Shown: positions 8,850-20,416 of the stretch, piece by piece
How positions within the stretch are numbered: position 1 is the stretch's first letter
How the letters are laid out: every line of letters begins with the position of its first letter
DNA from: Marinilabilia sp.
GTDB taxonomy: Bacteria > Bacteroidota > Bacteroidia > Bacteroidales > Marinilabiliaceae
Length of the DNA stretch: 64,000 nt
Assembly (NCBI GenBank): GCA_046483585.1
Contig: JAWOCV010000117.1
Span: 17,686 to 81,685, forward strand
Reading direction: 5' to 3'
Made by a program: the position numbers and the translations under genes
The notes under the pieces: generated by a model
What the model was told of the DNA's origin: nothing
The model's database searches: none
What the model saw: only the letters and a program-made list of their open reading frames with translations

Positions 8850-10358
8850 TCAGGTGAAATGGATGAGTTTTTTAATTTTTCCCGGCTGAGCCCAGTTCAT
8901 GGTGCCTTCCATTTTCAGGGACAAAAGATATTCTTCTATGGCCGGGTTTTGTAACTGCTTCAGGGCTTTCTCGGCCGCGGATCCGGATTGAAACGGGATG
9001 AAGGCTTGCAGGGACTGGTTGGCTTGCCAGTGGCCTTCAATGAGCATGGGATTGAATGTTTTTTTTCCGTAAGCTTCCCAAACAATTTTATAAGGCGCAT
9101 AATTGTAGGGCCCAACACCGAGAAGTGCCCACCATCGCTCTCTTCGGAGCCATCCGTTGATGAGTGTTCCCTTCCGGTTGATCAGTTTTTCATATTGACT
9201 CAGGAGGTACCCTTTCAATGAAGGGTATGAATCGAGCTCCCCGGGGGTGAGTGGCCGTCCGTCAGAAGAATGGGGGATGAGCACCCAGGCTTCAGGTTTC
9301 AGGTGATTGTCTTTGAAGTTGGCAGATGTCAGCAACGGAAATACAAATTTCTCTGGCAATTCGATGTTTCCGTTAACGAGACAGGTATTTTCTGAGATTT
9401 TCTGACAGGATTTGAAAAAAAAGACATTGTTGGCTCCCGATGTGTTGATGCCTTGTCTGGGCAGGGCACTTTTGGGGAGCCTGATGGGCCGGAAATCCGA
9501 CAATGGACTTCCGGTTATTTCTGTATAAACACTCAAAGGAGCTTCCCTTTTGTGCAAGGGGGCCGCCAGAAAATGTTCCCACTGATCTTTATTTAGTCTT
9601 ACGTAGGTCATGGGAAAGACAGGTTCCCGGTCCCTTTGAAAATGGACCAGTCCGTATCGCGTGGAAACACTCAGGAAAACACCCTCTTTGTTGAAATCAA
9701 AAATCTTTTTGGGGGCATAGGATGTGTTCTTCACCCGGTAATTTCTGAATTGTTCGTTGGCACCGTCGTTCAGCAAAAGCGATAAAGGCATAAAAAACCA
9801 GGCCTCCCCGTTCCGCGCAAGAAAATCTTTGATGGTTTTTCGGATGACGAGTGCTGCAATGTCGATTCGAGATCTGCCCAGGAGAAGATCGCGAGCATTG
9901 CCGATAAGTCCGTATTCGGCAAAAAGAAGTTTGGTTCTTTCCTTGTAACCGGGAGGGAGGTCTGTAAAATTTTGCCATGGCGGATTTCCGAAAAGCACAT
10001 CAAACTTTTCCGGGGCGAGATCAAAGATGTCTTCATTGCGGAAACTCTCAGACATTTCCAGTCCATATTTTTCCCGGAAATTGCTCAGGGCATCTTTGTA
10101 ATAACGACTATTCAGCTCATTGCCGAAGAGGTTATTAACGGGAAGTTCGTGTATAGCGTAACCCTTTTCCAGTCCGAAATCAATAAGCGCTTCCAGAAGA
10201 TGACCGGTTCCCATTGTAGGATCGAATATGGAAGCTCCTTTCATCCATTTTTTAAAGAGGCCGGATTCGGAAATAGCAAATCCGGCCCATTCCTTTGGGG
10301 TAAAAACAGTCCCGATTTTCAGGTTTTTGTCTGTGTCGGATGTGTTGGTTTTTACCAT
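8850..10358 (-). CDS. Orphan amino (m6A/m4C) DNA methyltransferase, gamma-class motif order, with C-terminal TRD
   Basis: GTVFTP (motif X), IFDPTMGTGHLL (motif I), GNPPW (motif IV). No endonuclease-like ORF adjacent. Confidence 0.8.
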   Translation of the reverse strand: MVKTNTSDTDKNLKIGTVFTPKEWAGFAISESGLFKKWMKGASIFDPTMGTGHLLEALIDFGLEKGYAIHELPVNNLFGNELNSRYYKDALSNFREKYGLEMSESFRNEDIFDLAPEKFDVLFGNPPWQNFTDLPPGYKERTKLLFAEYGLIGNARDLLLGRSRIDIAALVIRKTIKDFLARNGEAWFFMPLSLLLNDGANEQFRNYRVKNTSYAPKKIFDFNKEGVFLSVSTRYGLVHFQRDREPVFPMTYVRLNKDQWEHFLAAPLHKREAPLSVYTEITGSPLSDFRPIRLPKSALPRQGINTSGANNVFFFKSCQKISENTCLVNGNIELPEKFVFPLLTSANFKDNHLKPEAWVLIPHSSDGRPLTPGELDSYPSLKGYLLSQYEKLINRKGTLINGWLRRERWWALLGVGPYNYAPYKIVWEAYGKKTFNPMLIEGHWQANQSLQAFIPFQSGSAAEKALKQLQNPAIEEYLLSLKMEGTMNWAQPGKIKKLIHFT

Positions 10359-10393
10359 AAAGGAACGGGCCGGAATTTACGACTCGGATTCTG

Positions 10394-13300
10394 TTATTGT
10401 TTATCGGCCAGATTGGTCGGAATCCATTTTTCCACTTCTTCGGGTGTCATCCCTTTCCTTTGGGCCAGATCTTCCACCTGGTCGCGCTTGATATTGCCGA
10501 CTCCGAAATAGATGGCATCGGGGTGTGCCATATAAAGGCCGCTTACCGAAGCATTGGGGTACATGCTGAAATGTTCGGTAAGGGTGATCCCTGCATTTTT
10601 TTCGACCTCCATAAGATCGAACAGAAGCCGTTTTTCGCTGTGGTCGGGACATGCCGGGTAGCCCAGAGCCGGCCGTATGCCGCGGTAGCGTTCGCGAACA
10701 AGATCGTCAAAATTGAATTCTTCATCGGGGTTGTATCCCCAGAATTCCCGGCGCACGCGGAAATGCATCAGCTCGGCGAAAGCCTCAGCCAGACGGTCCG
10801 CCAGTGATTTCAGTAGTATGGCACTGTAATCATCGTTGTCTTTTTCGTATTTTTCGATCCAGGGTTCGATCCCTTCTCCCGCGCTGACGGCAAAACCACC
10901 GATATAATCGGCAATTCCCGAATCGGCCGGGGCCACAAAATCTGCCAGGGAGTAGTAATGGTTTTTACCCTGTTTCTTTTGTTGTTCGCGCATAAAATGG
11001 AAGGTGGATTGCACCTCATTGCGTTTTTCATCGGTATATACTTCGATGTCATCCCCTTTGCTGTTGGCCGGGAAAAGGCCGATGACAGCGTTGGCTTTCA
11101 CCATCTCTTCGTCACGCATGCGCTGAAGCATTTGTTGTGCATCTTTCCAGAGTTTAAGGGCTTCGTGCGCTTTTTCCTTTCCGGTTTCAGAGGTGAAGGT
11201 TTCCAGCCATTTTTCTTCGGAGGCTTTGTCGGTTACGTTTTCTATACCCCGGTAATTTCCTGAGAGTCGCCATGCCTGGAAAAAGAAGGTCCAGTCAATA
11301 AAGGGAATGATCTCATCTATAGGGTATTCATGAAATGATTTGACACCGAGAAAGTTTGGTTGCCTGACAGGGGCTTTCTCCCAGTCGGTGTTCCATTTCT
11401 TTTCGCGGGCATCTTGGATGCTGAGGTACTCTTTTTTCTTTTTGTTCTGATTGGACTGTCTCAGGGCCTCGTATTCTTCACTGATGCTTTTAACATACCG
11501 GTCATGTTCTTTTTCCGAAAGAAGCGATCCGACCACCTGGGCACTCATGGACGCATCTTTCACATAGACCACAGGCGCATTGTAATGGGGATCGATCTTT
11601 ACGGCGGTATGAACTTTTGAAGTGGTCGCTCCTCCGATAAGCAAAGGTTGTTTCATCTCCCGTTGGGCCATTTCTTTGGCCACATTGCTCATCTCTTCAA
11701 GTGAGGGGGTGATAAGTCCGCTCAGGCCAACAATATCTGCCTCCTGCTCCATGGCTTCATTGAGTATTTTTTCGGTGGGGACCATTACACCCAGGTCGAC
11801 GACATCAAAATTGTTACAGGAAAGAATGACACTTACAATGTTTTTCCCGATGTCGTGAACATCACCTTTGACAGTGGCCATCAGAATTTTTCCTTTTTTT
11901 GTCTCTTCGTTGCCGGCGGCTCGTTTTTCCTCTTCGATGTAGGGTTGAAGCCATGCCACGGCTTTTTTCATTACCCTGGCGGTTTTCACCACCTGAGGCA
12001 GGAACATTTTCCCGGCACCGAAGCGGTCGCCGACAATGTTCATTCCGTCCATCAGGGGCTGTTCAATGATGTCGAGGGCAAAATCGTATTTTTCACGGGC
12101 TTCGGTCAGGTCTTCTTCCAGGTAATCGGGAATGCCTTTGATGAGCGCATGGTGGAGGCGTTCTTCCAGAGACCACTCCCGCCATTCATCTTTCTTGGAA
12201 GCAGCTTGCCCGCCTTCCTCATCCTTGAATTGTTCTGCAGCATCCACCAGCCGTTCGGTGGCATCGGGTCTGCGGTTGAAGATCACATCTTCCACCAGCT
12301 CGAGCAAGTCGGCAGGGATCTCATCGTATATCTGCAGCATCCCGGGATTTACCAGTCCCATGTCCATGCCGGCCTGGATGGCATGGTAAAGGAATGCCGA
12401 GTTCATGGCTTCACGTACACGGTTGTTGCCACGGAATGAGAAGGAAAGGTTGCTGACTCCGCCGCTGACTTTGGCATGAGGCAGGTTTTCCTTGATCCAT
12501 TTTGTTGTGTTTATGAAATCAACCGCGTAGTTGGCATGCTCTTCGATTCCCGTTCCAATGGCCAGAATATTGGGGTCGAAAATAATATCTTCAGGCGGCA
12601 CATTTGCTTTTTGTGTGAGAAGATTATATGCCTTTTCGCAAATTTCGATGCGGCGCTCATAGGTGTCGGCCTGGCCTTTTTCATCAAAAGCCATGACCAC
12701 CATGGCGCCTCCAAGCTCTCTTATCCGCCCGGCCTGTTCCAGGAATTTTTCTTCGCCTTCTTTCAGACTGATGGAGTTGACAACTGATTTACCCTGCAGA
12801 CACTTGAGCCCGGCTTCGAGAACCTCGGGTTTTGATGAGTCTACCATTACCGGGAGGGAGGCGATATCGGGTTCGGAGGCCATCAGGTTCAGGAAAGAGA
12901 CCATCTCTTTTTTCGCATCCAGCATGGCATCATCCATGTTGACGTCGATAATTTGTGCCCCGCCTTCTACCTGATCGCGGGCGACCGACAAGGCCTCTTC
13001 GTATTTTTCCTCCCGTATAAGCCGGACAAATTTGCGTGATCCGGCGACGTTGGTCCGTTCACCCACATTTACAAAATTGGTTGTTGCGTCCATGATCAAA
13101 GGATCGAGACCGCTTAGCCGGGTTTTGGGCTCGGGTTTTGCCGGGACGTGAGGCCGGGCGTCTTTGATGTATTCGCCGAAGGCCTTGATGTGTTCGGGGG
13201 TTGTTCCGCAGCACCCGCCAATGATGTTGACAAGCCCTTCGTTGAGGTATTTGAAAATCTGGGGGGCCATTTCGTCGGGGGTCTCATCGTACTCTCCAAA

Positions 13301-14134
13301 CTGGTTGGGAAGTCCGGCATTGGGATAGGCGCTGATGAACCATGGCGCCTTTTCGCCCAGGTTCTTGACATAAGAGCGCAGGTCTTCGGCTCCGAAAGAA
13401 CAGTTGAGCCCTAAGGAGAACAGCGGATAATGGGAAATGGAGATCAAAAATGCTTCGAGGGTTTGTCCCGAAAGGGTTCGTCCACTGGCATCAGCCACGG
13501 TGACAGAAACCATGACGGGGAAATCTTCGAGACCTCGTTTTTTGAGCTCCTCTCCGATCCCATGAAGGGCTGCTTTAGCATTGAGAGTGTCAAATATGGT
13601 TTCCAGCAACAGCATATCGGCGCCGCCATCTATCAGTCCGGCAACCTGTTCGGCGTAAGTAGCGGACAGATCATCGAAAGTCACAGCCCTGTAGCCGGGG
13701 TTGTTAACGTCGGGACTCAGCGATGCGGTTTTGTTGGTCGGACCCAGGGCACCTGCCACGAAACGTGGTTTTTCGGGGGAGGATATTTTTTTTGCCGCCC
13801 GGGAGGCGAGTTTTGCCGACTCAAAGTTCAGGTTGTAGACCTTGTCTTCCAGGGCATAATCGGCCTGGGAGATACGATTGGCACTAAATGTGTTGGTTTC
13901 TATGATATCGGCCCCGGCCTCTAAGTATTTTTCGTGAACGGTGGTAATGATATCGGGGCGCGTAAGGGAGAGGATCTCGTTGTTGCCTTTTTGTGGATGA
14001 GTATGGTTTTTGAATTCACTTCCTCTAAAATCTTCCTCCGTAAGCGTGTATTGCTGTATGAGGCTTCCCATGGCGCCATCGAGCAGCAATACTCTTTCCT
14101 GTACAAGTTTTTTCAGTTGGTCTGTTTTACTCAT
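10394..14134 (-). CDS. metH: Cobalamin-dependent methionine synthase
   Basis: [36 protein letters not shown] cobalamin motif and C-terminal reactivation domain. Start taken at ATG 14134 (MSKTDQ). Confidence 0.98.
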   Translation of the reverse strand: MSKTDQLKKLVQERVLLLDGAMGSLIQQYTLTEEDFRGSEFKNHTHPQKGNNEILSLTRPDIITTVHEKYLEAGADIIETNTFSANRISQADYALEDKVYNLNFESAKLASRAAKKISSPEKPRFVAGALGPTNKTASLSPDVNNPGYRAVTFDDLSATYAEQVAGLIDGGADMLLLETIFDTLNAKAALHGIGEELKKRGLEDFPVMVSVTVADASGRTLSGQTLEAFLISISHYPLFSLGLNCSFGAEDLRSYVKNLGEKAPWFISAYPNAGLPNQFGEYDETPDEMAPQIFKYLNEGLVNIIGGCCGTTPEHIKAFGEYIKDARPHVPAKPEPKTRLSGLDPLIMDATTNFVNVGERTNVAGSRKFVRLIREEKYEEALSVARDQVEGGAQIIDVNMDDAMLDAKKEMVSFLNLMASEPDIASLPVMVDSSKPEVLEAGLKCLQGKSVVNSISLKEGEEKFLEQAGRIRELGGAMVVMAFDEKGQADTYERRIEICEKAYNLLTQKANVPPEDIIFDPNILAIGTGIEEHANYAVDFINTTKWIKENLPHAKVSGGVSNLSFSFRGNNRVREAMNSAFLYHAIQAGMDMGLVNPGMLQIYDEIPADLLELVEDVIFNRRPDATERLVDAAEQFKDEEGGQAASKKDEWREWSLEERLHHALIKGIPDYLEEDLTEAREKYDFALDIIEQPLMDGMNIVGDRFGAGKMFLPQVVKTARVMKKAVAWLQPYIEEEKRAAGNEETKKGKILMATVKGDVHDIGKNIVSVILSCNNFDVVDLGVMVPTEKILNEAMEQEADIVGLSGLITPSLEEMSNVAKEMAQREMKQPLLIGGATTSKVHTAVKIDPHYNAPVVYVKDASMSAQVVGSLLSEKEHDRYVKSISEEYEALRQSNQNKKKKEYLSIQDAREKKWNTDWEKAPVRQPNFLGVKSFHEYPIDEIIPFIDWTFFFQAWRLSGNYRGIENVTDKASEEKWLETFTSETGKEKAHEALKLWKDAQQMLQRMRDEEMVKANAVIGLFPANSKGDDIEVYTDEKRNEVQSTFHFMREQQKKQGKNHYYSLADFVAPADSGIADYIGGFAVSAGEGIEPWIEKYEKDNDDYSAILLKSLADRLAEAFAELMHFRVRREFWGYNPDEEFNFDDLVRERYRGIRPALGYPACPDHSEKRLLFDLMEVEKNAGITLTEHFSMYPNASVSGLYMAHPDAIYFGVGNIKRDQVEDLAQRKGMTPEEVEKWIPTNLADKQ

Positions 14135-14359
14135 AGTGTTCCCTGATGTCATAATACTACAGTTTAGGCACCCGCTTCGTTTGGCAGGTGCTTTGATTAT
14201 TTAATTCCGGTTTGGGCAAAACGAGTTTCATAACCCCATTCCGGATGGTTAAAATTGCAAACAGTAATGTAATGGTTTAATACGGTTTTTGTTCACTGTG
14301 ATTTTTGTTTCAAAGTGAAATGGCCGGATTTGAAGTGCAAAGGTAAGAAAATATCAGGT

Positions 14360-14956
14360 TTATTCCCGGCCTCTGAGTTTATTCAGTTCATTAAGGTGTT
14401 GGCGCGCCATGGTTTTTTCCTTTTCAAGAGCCCTCTTTTTGTGGGCATCGAACTCTTTTTCGAGTTCTTCATGTCTTTCGCGCGTTTGCCGGGTAATTTG
14501 CTGACTTCGTTTGTAAAGCAGAAATACAAAAACAAGTCCGCCTGCCAGAATCAATACCGCCCCCCACATTATGGAGTTGTATTTGGATTTGGGCGTTTCC
14601 GATCCTAAGAATGATATGCTGTTTTTGGACGCCAGGGCCTGGTCAAGGTCTTCCTGAACTGTTTCCAGGTCCTGATTCAGGGTCTCTATTTCTTCCCTGA
14701 GCGAATCAATACGGACTTCTCCTTCATCGATGCGTGACTGAAACTGGTCAAGTGAATCCAGAACGTTGGATTTTAACTTGTAGAGCCAGGTTGTGCGAAC
14801 CACACGATATTCTTCATAGGTGCTCGATTCTTCGATGATATAATCAAATTGCCCCGGCAGGGGCGCTTCTTCGAGTGTGGCATCCTGGCCAAAACTTGTT
14901 GAAGTAAAGCTTAGTATGATTGCTGTCAGTACGATTCGGGGAAAAATGGTTTTCAT
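14360..14956 (-). CDS. Conserved Bacteroidota exported coiled-coil protein with C-terminal TM helix
   Basis: Signal peptide, SSTYEEYRVV, coiled coil, TM (YNSIMWGAVLILAGGLVFVFLLY). TACCTTTG -7 box at 15035-15042 (-). Confidence 0.7.
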   Translation of the reverse strand: MKTIFPRIVLTAIILSFTSTSFGQDATLEEAPLPGQFDYIIEESSTYEEYRVVRTTWLYKLKSNVLDSLDQFQSRIDEGEVRIDSLREEIETLNQDLETVQEDLDQALASKNSISFLGSETPKSKYNSIMWGAVLILAGGLVFVFLLYKRSQQITRQTRERHEELEKEFDAHKKRALEKEKTMARQHLNELNKLRGRE

Positions 14957-15043
14957 GGCCTTTATTTGTTTAAGTTCTCAAACGGTGAAGGAAATGGAAA
15001 ATTGTGCAGGGTAGTGAATTTTTATATGTTCTTCCAAAGGTAC

Positions 15044-15074
15044 AAAAAAACCGTCCCTTTTGAAGAGACGGTTT
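15044..15074 (-). terminator. fumC terminator
   Basis: On the minus strand, AAACCGTCTC..GGGACGGTTT followed by a T-tract. Confidence 0.8.
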
Positions 15075-15102
15075 AAAAATAAATTTGTTTTTTGGATTAT
15101 AA

Positions 15103-16500
15103 TTATTCAAGGGACCCGATCATTTTTCCCGGATCGACCCATTTATCAAACTCTTCTGATGTGAGATATCCCAGTTCCAGGGCAGCCTCTTTCAGAGTGG
15201 TTCCTTCTGTGTGTGCTTTTTTGGCAATCTCGGCAGCTTTATAATAACCAATATGGGTGTTGAGAGCTGTAACAAGCATCAGGGAGTTGTCAAGATGTTT
15301 TTTAATCCGTTCGTGATTGGGCTTAATGCCCACCGCACAATTGTCGTTGAACGATTTGCATGCATCGGCCAGAAGTTCAGCGCTTTGAAGAAAATTGTAG
15401 ATCATGACCGGCTTGAAAACATTGAGTTCGAAATGACCGTTCGACCCGCTTGTTGATACCGTCACATCGTTACCCATAACCTGAGTGCAGACCATGGTCA
15501 TGGCCTCTGCCTGGGTTGGGTTGACTTTTCCGGGCATAATAGAAGAGCCGGGTTCGTTTTCCGGGATAAGGATCTCTCCAATACCCGACCTGGGGCCTGA
15601 CGCCAGTAACCGAATGTCGTTCGCTATTTTCATCAGGCTTACAGCGATTTGTTTCAAAGCGCCGTGGCTTTCTACAATGGCATCATGGGCGGCCAGTGAC
15701 TCGAATTTATTCCCGGCTGTTCTGAATGGCAGCCCGGTGAATTTGGAAATGTATTTGGCCACTGTAACGTCGTATCCTTTAGGGGTGTTGAGTCCGGTGC
15801 CAACGGCGGTTCCTCCCAGGGCAAGTTCCGAGAGATGATCCAAAGTTGATTTCAATGCCTTCAGTCCGAAGGTGAGTTGAGCAGCATATCCGGAAAATTC
15901 CTGTCCCAGGGTGAGGGGTGTGGCATCCATAAGGTGGGTACGGCCTATTTTGACCACCTCCCTCATTTCTTCTGATTTGGCGCTTAGGGTGTCTCGAAGT
16001 TTTTCAATACCCGGTATCGTTCGCTCGGCGAGCATCTTGTAAGCGGCAATATGCATCGCTGTGGGGAAAGTATCGTTCGATGATTGCGACTTGTTTACGT
16101 CATCGTTGGGGTGAATGGGCCTCTCTCCTTCACCGGGTTTACCGCCGTTGAGTACATGAGCCCGGTTGGCCACCACTTCATTACAGTTCATGTTTGATTG
16201 GGTGCCACTGCCGGTTTGCCATACAACCAACGGAAATTGATCATCGAGCTTTCCCTCAATGATCTCATCGCATGCACGTGCAATGAGATCCTTTTTTTCA
16301 TGGGGCAATACTTCATGTTCTGCGTTGGCAAAGGCAGCCGCTTTTTTCAGGTAGCCGAAGGCATGTACAATTTCTAGAGGCATTGAGGCTGCCGGACCTA
16401 TGGGGAAGTTTATGACGGAACGCTGGGTTTGAGGGCCCCAGTATTTGTCGGCGGGTACTTTTACTTCACCCATTGTGTCTTTTTCTATCCTGTATTCCAT
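15103..16500 (-). CDS. fumC: Class II fumarate hydratase
   Basis: [13 protein letters not shown] signature, [23 protein letters not shown]. Confidence 0.98.
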   Translation of the reverse strand: MEYRIEKDTMGEVKVPADKYWGPQTQRSVINFPIGPAASMPLEIVHAFGYLKKAAAFANAEHEVLPHEKKDLIARACDEIIEGKLDDQFPLVVWQTGSGTQSNMNCNEVVANRAHVLNGGKPGEGERPIHPNDDVNKSQSSNDTFPTAMHIAAYKMLAERTIPGIEKLRDTLSAKSEEMREVVKIGRTHLMDATPLTLGQEFSGYAAQLTFGLKALKSTLDHLSELALGGTAVGTGLNTPKGYDVTVAKYISKFTGLPFRTAGNKFESLAAHDAIVESHGALKQIAVSLMKIANDIRLLASGPRSGIGEILIPENEPGSSIMPGKVNPTQAEAMTMVCTQVMGNDVTVSTSGSNGHFELNVFKPVMIYNFLQSAELLADACKSFNDNCAVGIKPNHERIKKHLDNSLMLVTALNTHIGYYKAAEIAKKAHTEGTTLKEAALELGYLTSEEFDKWVDPGKMIGSLE

Positions 16501-16526
16501 TTTGTATGTGTATGTTTTGATGGTTG

Positions 16527-17634
16527 TTACTCTTTCTGAAAAACTTCTTTGGCTCCGAATTCCATCAGGTAGGCTTTCAGGAATCCGTCTATTTCACCGT
16601 CGAGGACGGCCTGAACATTACTGGTCTCATAGTTGGTACGGAGGTCTTTGACCAGTTTGTAGGGTTGCAGAACGTAAGAGCGTATCTGGGATCCCCATTC
16701 GATTTTTTTCTTTTGTGATTCGATCTTGTTTTGTTCTTCCAGCTTTTTGCGGAGTTCGATCTCGTAGAGTTGCGATTTAAGCATCCTCAGAGCATTTTCT
16801 TTATTACCTCCTTGTGACCGGGTTTCGGTGTTTTCGATCACGATTCCCGTCGGTTCGTGTCTTAAGCGGACACCTGTTTCCACTTTGTTGACATTTTGCC
16901 CTCCCGCTCCGCTGGAGCGAAATGTTTCCCAGGTAATGTCTGCCGGGTTGACATCCACCTCTATGGTATCATCGATGAGGGGAATAACGAAAACGGAAGT
17001 AAAAGAGGTCATCCGCTTGTTGGCTGCGTTGAATGGGGAAAGACGAACCAGGCGGTGAACACCGTTCTCGCTTTTCAGATAACCATACGCGTAGTCGCCT
17101 TCAAACTGGAGGGTGACGGATTTTAATCCGGCTTCATCTCCTTCCTGAAAATTGGTTTCCCTTATTTTGAAGCCCTGCCGTTCGCCCCATCTCATATACA
17201 TGCGCATGAGCATGGCTGCCCAGTCCTGGCTTTCGGTACCGCCCGCGCCGGCATTGATCTTCAGGATCGCACCCATTCTGTCTTCCTCTTTGCGCAACAT
17301 GTTGCGCAATTCGAGGTTTTCGATGAGTTCCAGTGCTGTATTATATTGAGCCTTAACTTCTTCCTCGGAGGCTTCCCCCTCCTTCTGTAGCTCTATCAGA
17401 ACCGAAGTTTCTTCAACGGCGTTGCGAACCTTTTCGTATTGGTCAACCCAGCTTCTCAGTCCCTGGATGTATTTCATCTTCTTCTCGGCCTCGCTGGGAT
17501 TATCCCAGAAATCAGGGGCCTGAGTGCGCATCTCTTCTTCCTCTATCTCAATTTTTTTCCGGTCGATGTCAAAGATACCTCCTTAACGCGATCTCGCGTC
17601 CGGAAAGCTCTTTCATCATTTCTGTTGTCACCAT
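16527..17634 (-). CDS. prfB: Peptide chain release factor 2 with programmed +1 frameshift
   Basis: Frame 0 [21 protein letters not shown] ends at CTT-TGA-C (17574-17568). +1 frame continues DIDRKK..., with SPF and GGQ motifs. Confidence 0.97.
17568..17583 (-). promoter_or_regulatory. prfB frameshift site with internal Shine-Dalgarno
   Basis: Minus strand reads AGGAGG-TAT-CTT-TGA-C. Confidence 0.95.
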
Positions 17635-17763
17635 GATCATTTCTTTTAATGAGAATTTGTAAGTGCAAAAGTAACAAATAAATTGCGGTGGATTCGCAGG
17701 GGCATCAATTAAAGAATAATTTCTTTAATTATTGCAGCGTTTGGGTTCCTTTTGATAAAGAAC

Positions 17764-17797
17764 AAAAAAAACGGGCAACTGTTTGGTTGTCCGTTTT
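17764..17797 (-). terminator. tRNA-His terminator
   Basis: Minus strand AAAACGGACAAC..GTTGCCCGT followed by a T-tract. Confidence 0.8.
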
Positions 17798-17801
17798 AAA
17801 G

Positions 17802-17876
17802 GGTGAAAGACCGGATTCGAACCGGCGACCTCCAGAGCCACAATCTGGCGCTCTAACCAACTGAGCTACAATCACC
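17802..17876 (-). tRNA. tRNA-His(GTG) with encoded G-1; CCA not fully encoded
   Basis: GGTGATTGTAGCTCAGTTGGTTAGAGCGCCAGATTGTGGCTCTGGAGGTCGCCGGTTCGAATCCGGTCTTTCACC folds as a cloverleaf with anticodon GTG. TATCTTTG -7 box at 17894-17901 (-). Confidence 0.95.
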
Positions 17877-17996
17877 ATTTTGATTAACGGGTGCAAAGAT
17901 AAATATTTTTCGATTAGTTTTGCAAATGTTTTTCCAAAAATGCCACGGTATCTGCATTACAGCAATTTTACCGTGCTTAAAATAAAATCGTTGATC

Positions 17997-18680
17997 ATGA
18001 AAATTTTCCCGCTTCAACCCGAAATTGACCGGAAGGTCGAAGAGGTCATAACCACTATACGCCATCTGAAAAGTGGCGAGACATCCGACCTGATCAAAGG
18101 TTCAGGTGTTGTATATAAAAAAAATTACGGAGTTTCTCTTGTTCATTTAAGGGAGATGGCTGCCGGGATGGAGAAAAACCAGGAGCTTGCCCGACGTCTT
18201 TGGTACCGGGAAATCCGGGAGACGATGATCCTGGCAACCATGTTGGCGGTGGTTGAGCAGATGGGTTCTGATGAAATTGAACAATGGGGTGAAATGATCC
18301 ACACAATAGAGTTATCGGAACAAATGGGACGTAATTTGCTGAATTGTCCGTCTATTTCTGAGGGCATACTGGTGGGGTGGCTTGACAGCCACCATTTTTA
18401 TAGAAAGTATGCTGCTGCCATGGGATTTGGATGGCGATTGCGGTTTTATCCCGAAACGGGCTTTGACTCATGTGATATTGTTTTCCCCCTGTTGAAAAAG
18501 GGCCTTGAAGACAAGCGTTTCATGAGAGCTGGCGGTTTTGTTCTGAAGATGGCCGGACGTTTCTCCAAAGAAAATCGCGATGCTGTCCTTTTTTTGATTC
18601 ACGAGTGGAAACAGGATAAAAACATTTACCTCCGTCAGGTTGCCCAGGATGCAAAGGAAGAAATAGAGCTGTTCCTTTGA
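17997..18680 (+). CDS. DNA alkylation repair protein (AlkD-like HEAT repeat)
   Basis: YKKNYGVS..LREMA and LARRLW...RETMILA motifs. Start re-assigned to ATG 17997. Confidence 0.75.
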   Translation: MKIFPLQPEIDRKVEEVITTIRHLKSGETSDLIKGSGVVYKKNYGVSLVHLREMAAGMEKNQELARRLWYREIRETMILATMLAVVEQMGSDEIEQWGEMIHTIELSEQMGRNLLNCPSISEGILVGWLDSHHFYRKYAAAMGFGWRLRFYPETGFDSCDIVFPLLKKGLEDKRFMRAGGFVLKMAGRFSKENRDAVLFLIHEWKQDKNIYLRQVAQDAKEEIELFL

Positions 18681-18764
18681 TTTTTTTCAGCAGGTGTCAT
18701 AAATCATCATTCCCTGTTCTGACACCCCTTATATTTGTGCTTCTCTAATGTGAAAACTGATGTT

Positions 18765-20240
18765 ATGCTTCCACATGAAGAATATTTTGCACGTTTTCGG
18801 AAAAACATCATAGGAAATGATGCCCGGATAGACACGCCTTATGGATCGAAACCTTTGGTTTATGCTGACTGGATTGCATCAGGCCGTCTGTATCGCCCTA
18901 TAGAGGAGCAAATTATGAATGTCGTTGGACCTGTGATTGGCAATACGCACTCCGAATCAAGTGATACCGGTCAGATCATGACCAATGTTTACAGGCTATC
19001 GCATCAGATCATAAAAGACCATGTTCATGCGAACAGTGACGATGTGATCATAACGGCAGGGGCAGGTATGACCTCGGTTGTTAACAAACTTCAGAGAATT
19101 CTTGGGATGCGGGTTCCCGAACAGGCTCAAAAGTATTGTTCAATTCCGGAAAAAGACCGGCCTGTGGTATTCCTGACTCATATGGAGCATCATTCCAATC
19201 ATACTTCCTGGTTGGAAACCAATGCGGATGTAGTTGTGCTGGAGCCTGATGAGGATTTATTGGTGGATCCCCGTTCTCTTGAAAAGGAAATTTCGAAATA
19301 TGAAGATCGTCCTCTTAAGATAGGTAGTTTTTCTGCCGCTTCCAATGTCACCGGCATCGAAACTCCTTATTATGAGCTGGCTCAAATAATGCATCGTTAC
19401 GGGGGGGTTTGTTTCGTTGATTTCGCAGCAGCGGCTCCTTATGTCAAAATGGATATGCATCCTGGTGATCCGAACAAACAACTTGATGCTGTGTTTTTTT
19501 CTCCTCATAAATTTTTGGGAGGCCCGGGAAGTTGCGGTGTCCTGATTTTCAACTCTGCCTTGTATCACAATTCAGCTCCCGATGATTCGGGAGGAGGAAC
19601 TGTGAACTGGACCAATCGCTGGGGGCGTTATCGGTATATTGATGATATTGAAGCACGCGAGGACGGAGGCACTCCGGGCTTTTTGCAATCCATCAGGGCT
19701 GCTATGAGCATACGCCTGAAAGAGGAGATGGGCTGCGATAAGATCCAGGAGCGTGAGGATGCTATGCTCAAAATGATATTTGAGGCATTCAGGAATATGC
19801 CGGGGTTGAATATTTTGGCTGCCGGCCAACAAAAGCGGATTGGTGCGATCTCCTTTTATCTGACCCGGGCTCATTTTAATCTGGTGGTAAGACTTCTGAA
19901 TGACAGGTACGGCATTCAGGTGCGGGGAGGATGTTCCTGTGCCGGCACATACGGACATTATCTTCTTCATGTGGATTACTCCACATCCAGTCAGATTACC
20001 AGGAAAATTGATATGGGCGATTTATCAGAAAAACCGGGGTGGGTGAGGCTTTCTGTTCATCCGGTAATGTCGGAGGAAGAAATTCGGTATGTCATTTCTG
20101 CTGTTGGTGAAGTGGCCAGGTATGCCGGAGAATGGGGAAAGGCTTATGAATATCATCCGAACCGGAATGAGTTTGTTCACAAGCTTGCTTCGGAACATAG
20201 GATGATGGACTATTTATCCTGGTATGAGTTTTCTTCCTGA
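18765..20240 (+). CDS. Class V PLP aminotransferase (cysteine desulfurase/selenocysteine lyase-like)
   Basis: YADWIASG, EHHSN, FSPHKFLGGPG (PLP Lys), RGGCSCAG. TATATTTG -7 box at 18730-18737. Confidence 0.85.
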   Translation: MLPHEEYFARFRKNIIGNDARIDTPYGSKPLVYADWIASGRLYRPIEEQIMNVVGPVIGNTHSESSDTGQIMTNVYRLSHQIIKDHVHANSDDVIITAGAGMTSVVNKLQRILGMRVPEQAQKYCSIPEKDRPVVFLTHMEHHSNHTSWLETNADVVVLEPDEDLLVDPRSLEKEISKYEDRPLKIGSFSAASNVTGIETPYYELAQIMHRYGGVCFVDFAAAAPYVKMDMHPGDPNKQLDAVFFSPHKFLGGPGSCGVLIFNSALYHNSAPDDSGGGTVNWTNRWGRYRYIDDIEAREDGGTPGFLQSIRAAMSIRLKEEMGCDKIQEREDAMLKMIFEAFRNMPGLNILAAGQQKRIGAISFYLTRAHFNLVVRLLNDRYGIQVRGGCSCAGTYGHYLLHVDYSTSSQITRKIDMGDLSEKPGWVRLSVHPVMSEEEIRYVISAVGEVARYAGEWGKAYEYHPNRNEFVHKLASEHRMMDYLSWYEFSS

Positions 20241-20416
20241 TCTGAAATTCAAGATTAATCAGGGTAGGGGGTTTTAAACTTGAATTAGGTATAAATTATT
20301 TATTACAATGATCACAATACTCGGTTTAACTTTTTCAAGTGATTGATAATAAGATGCTTGCATGACAATGCAAATTAGTTGTAACTCTCTGATAATAAAA
20401 ACTTTACGTCATTCCG

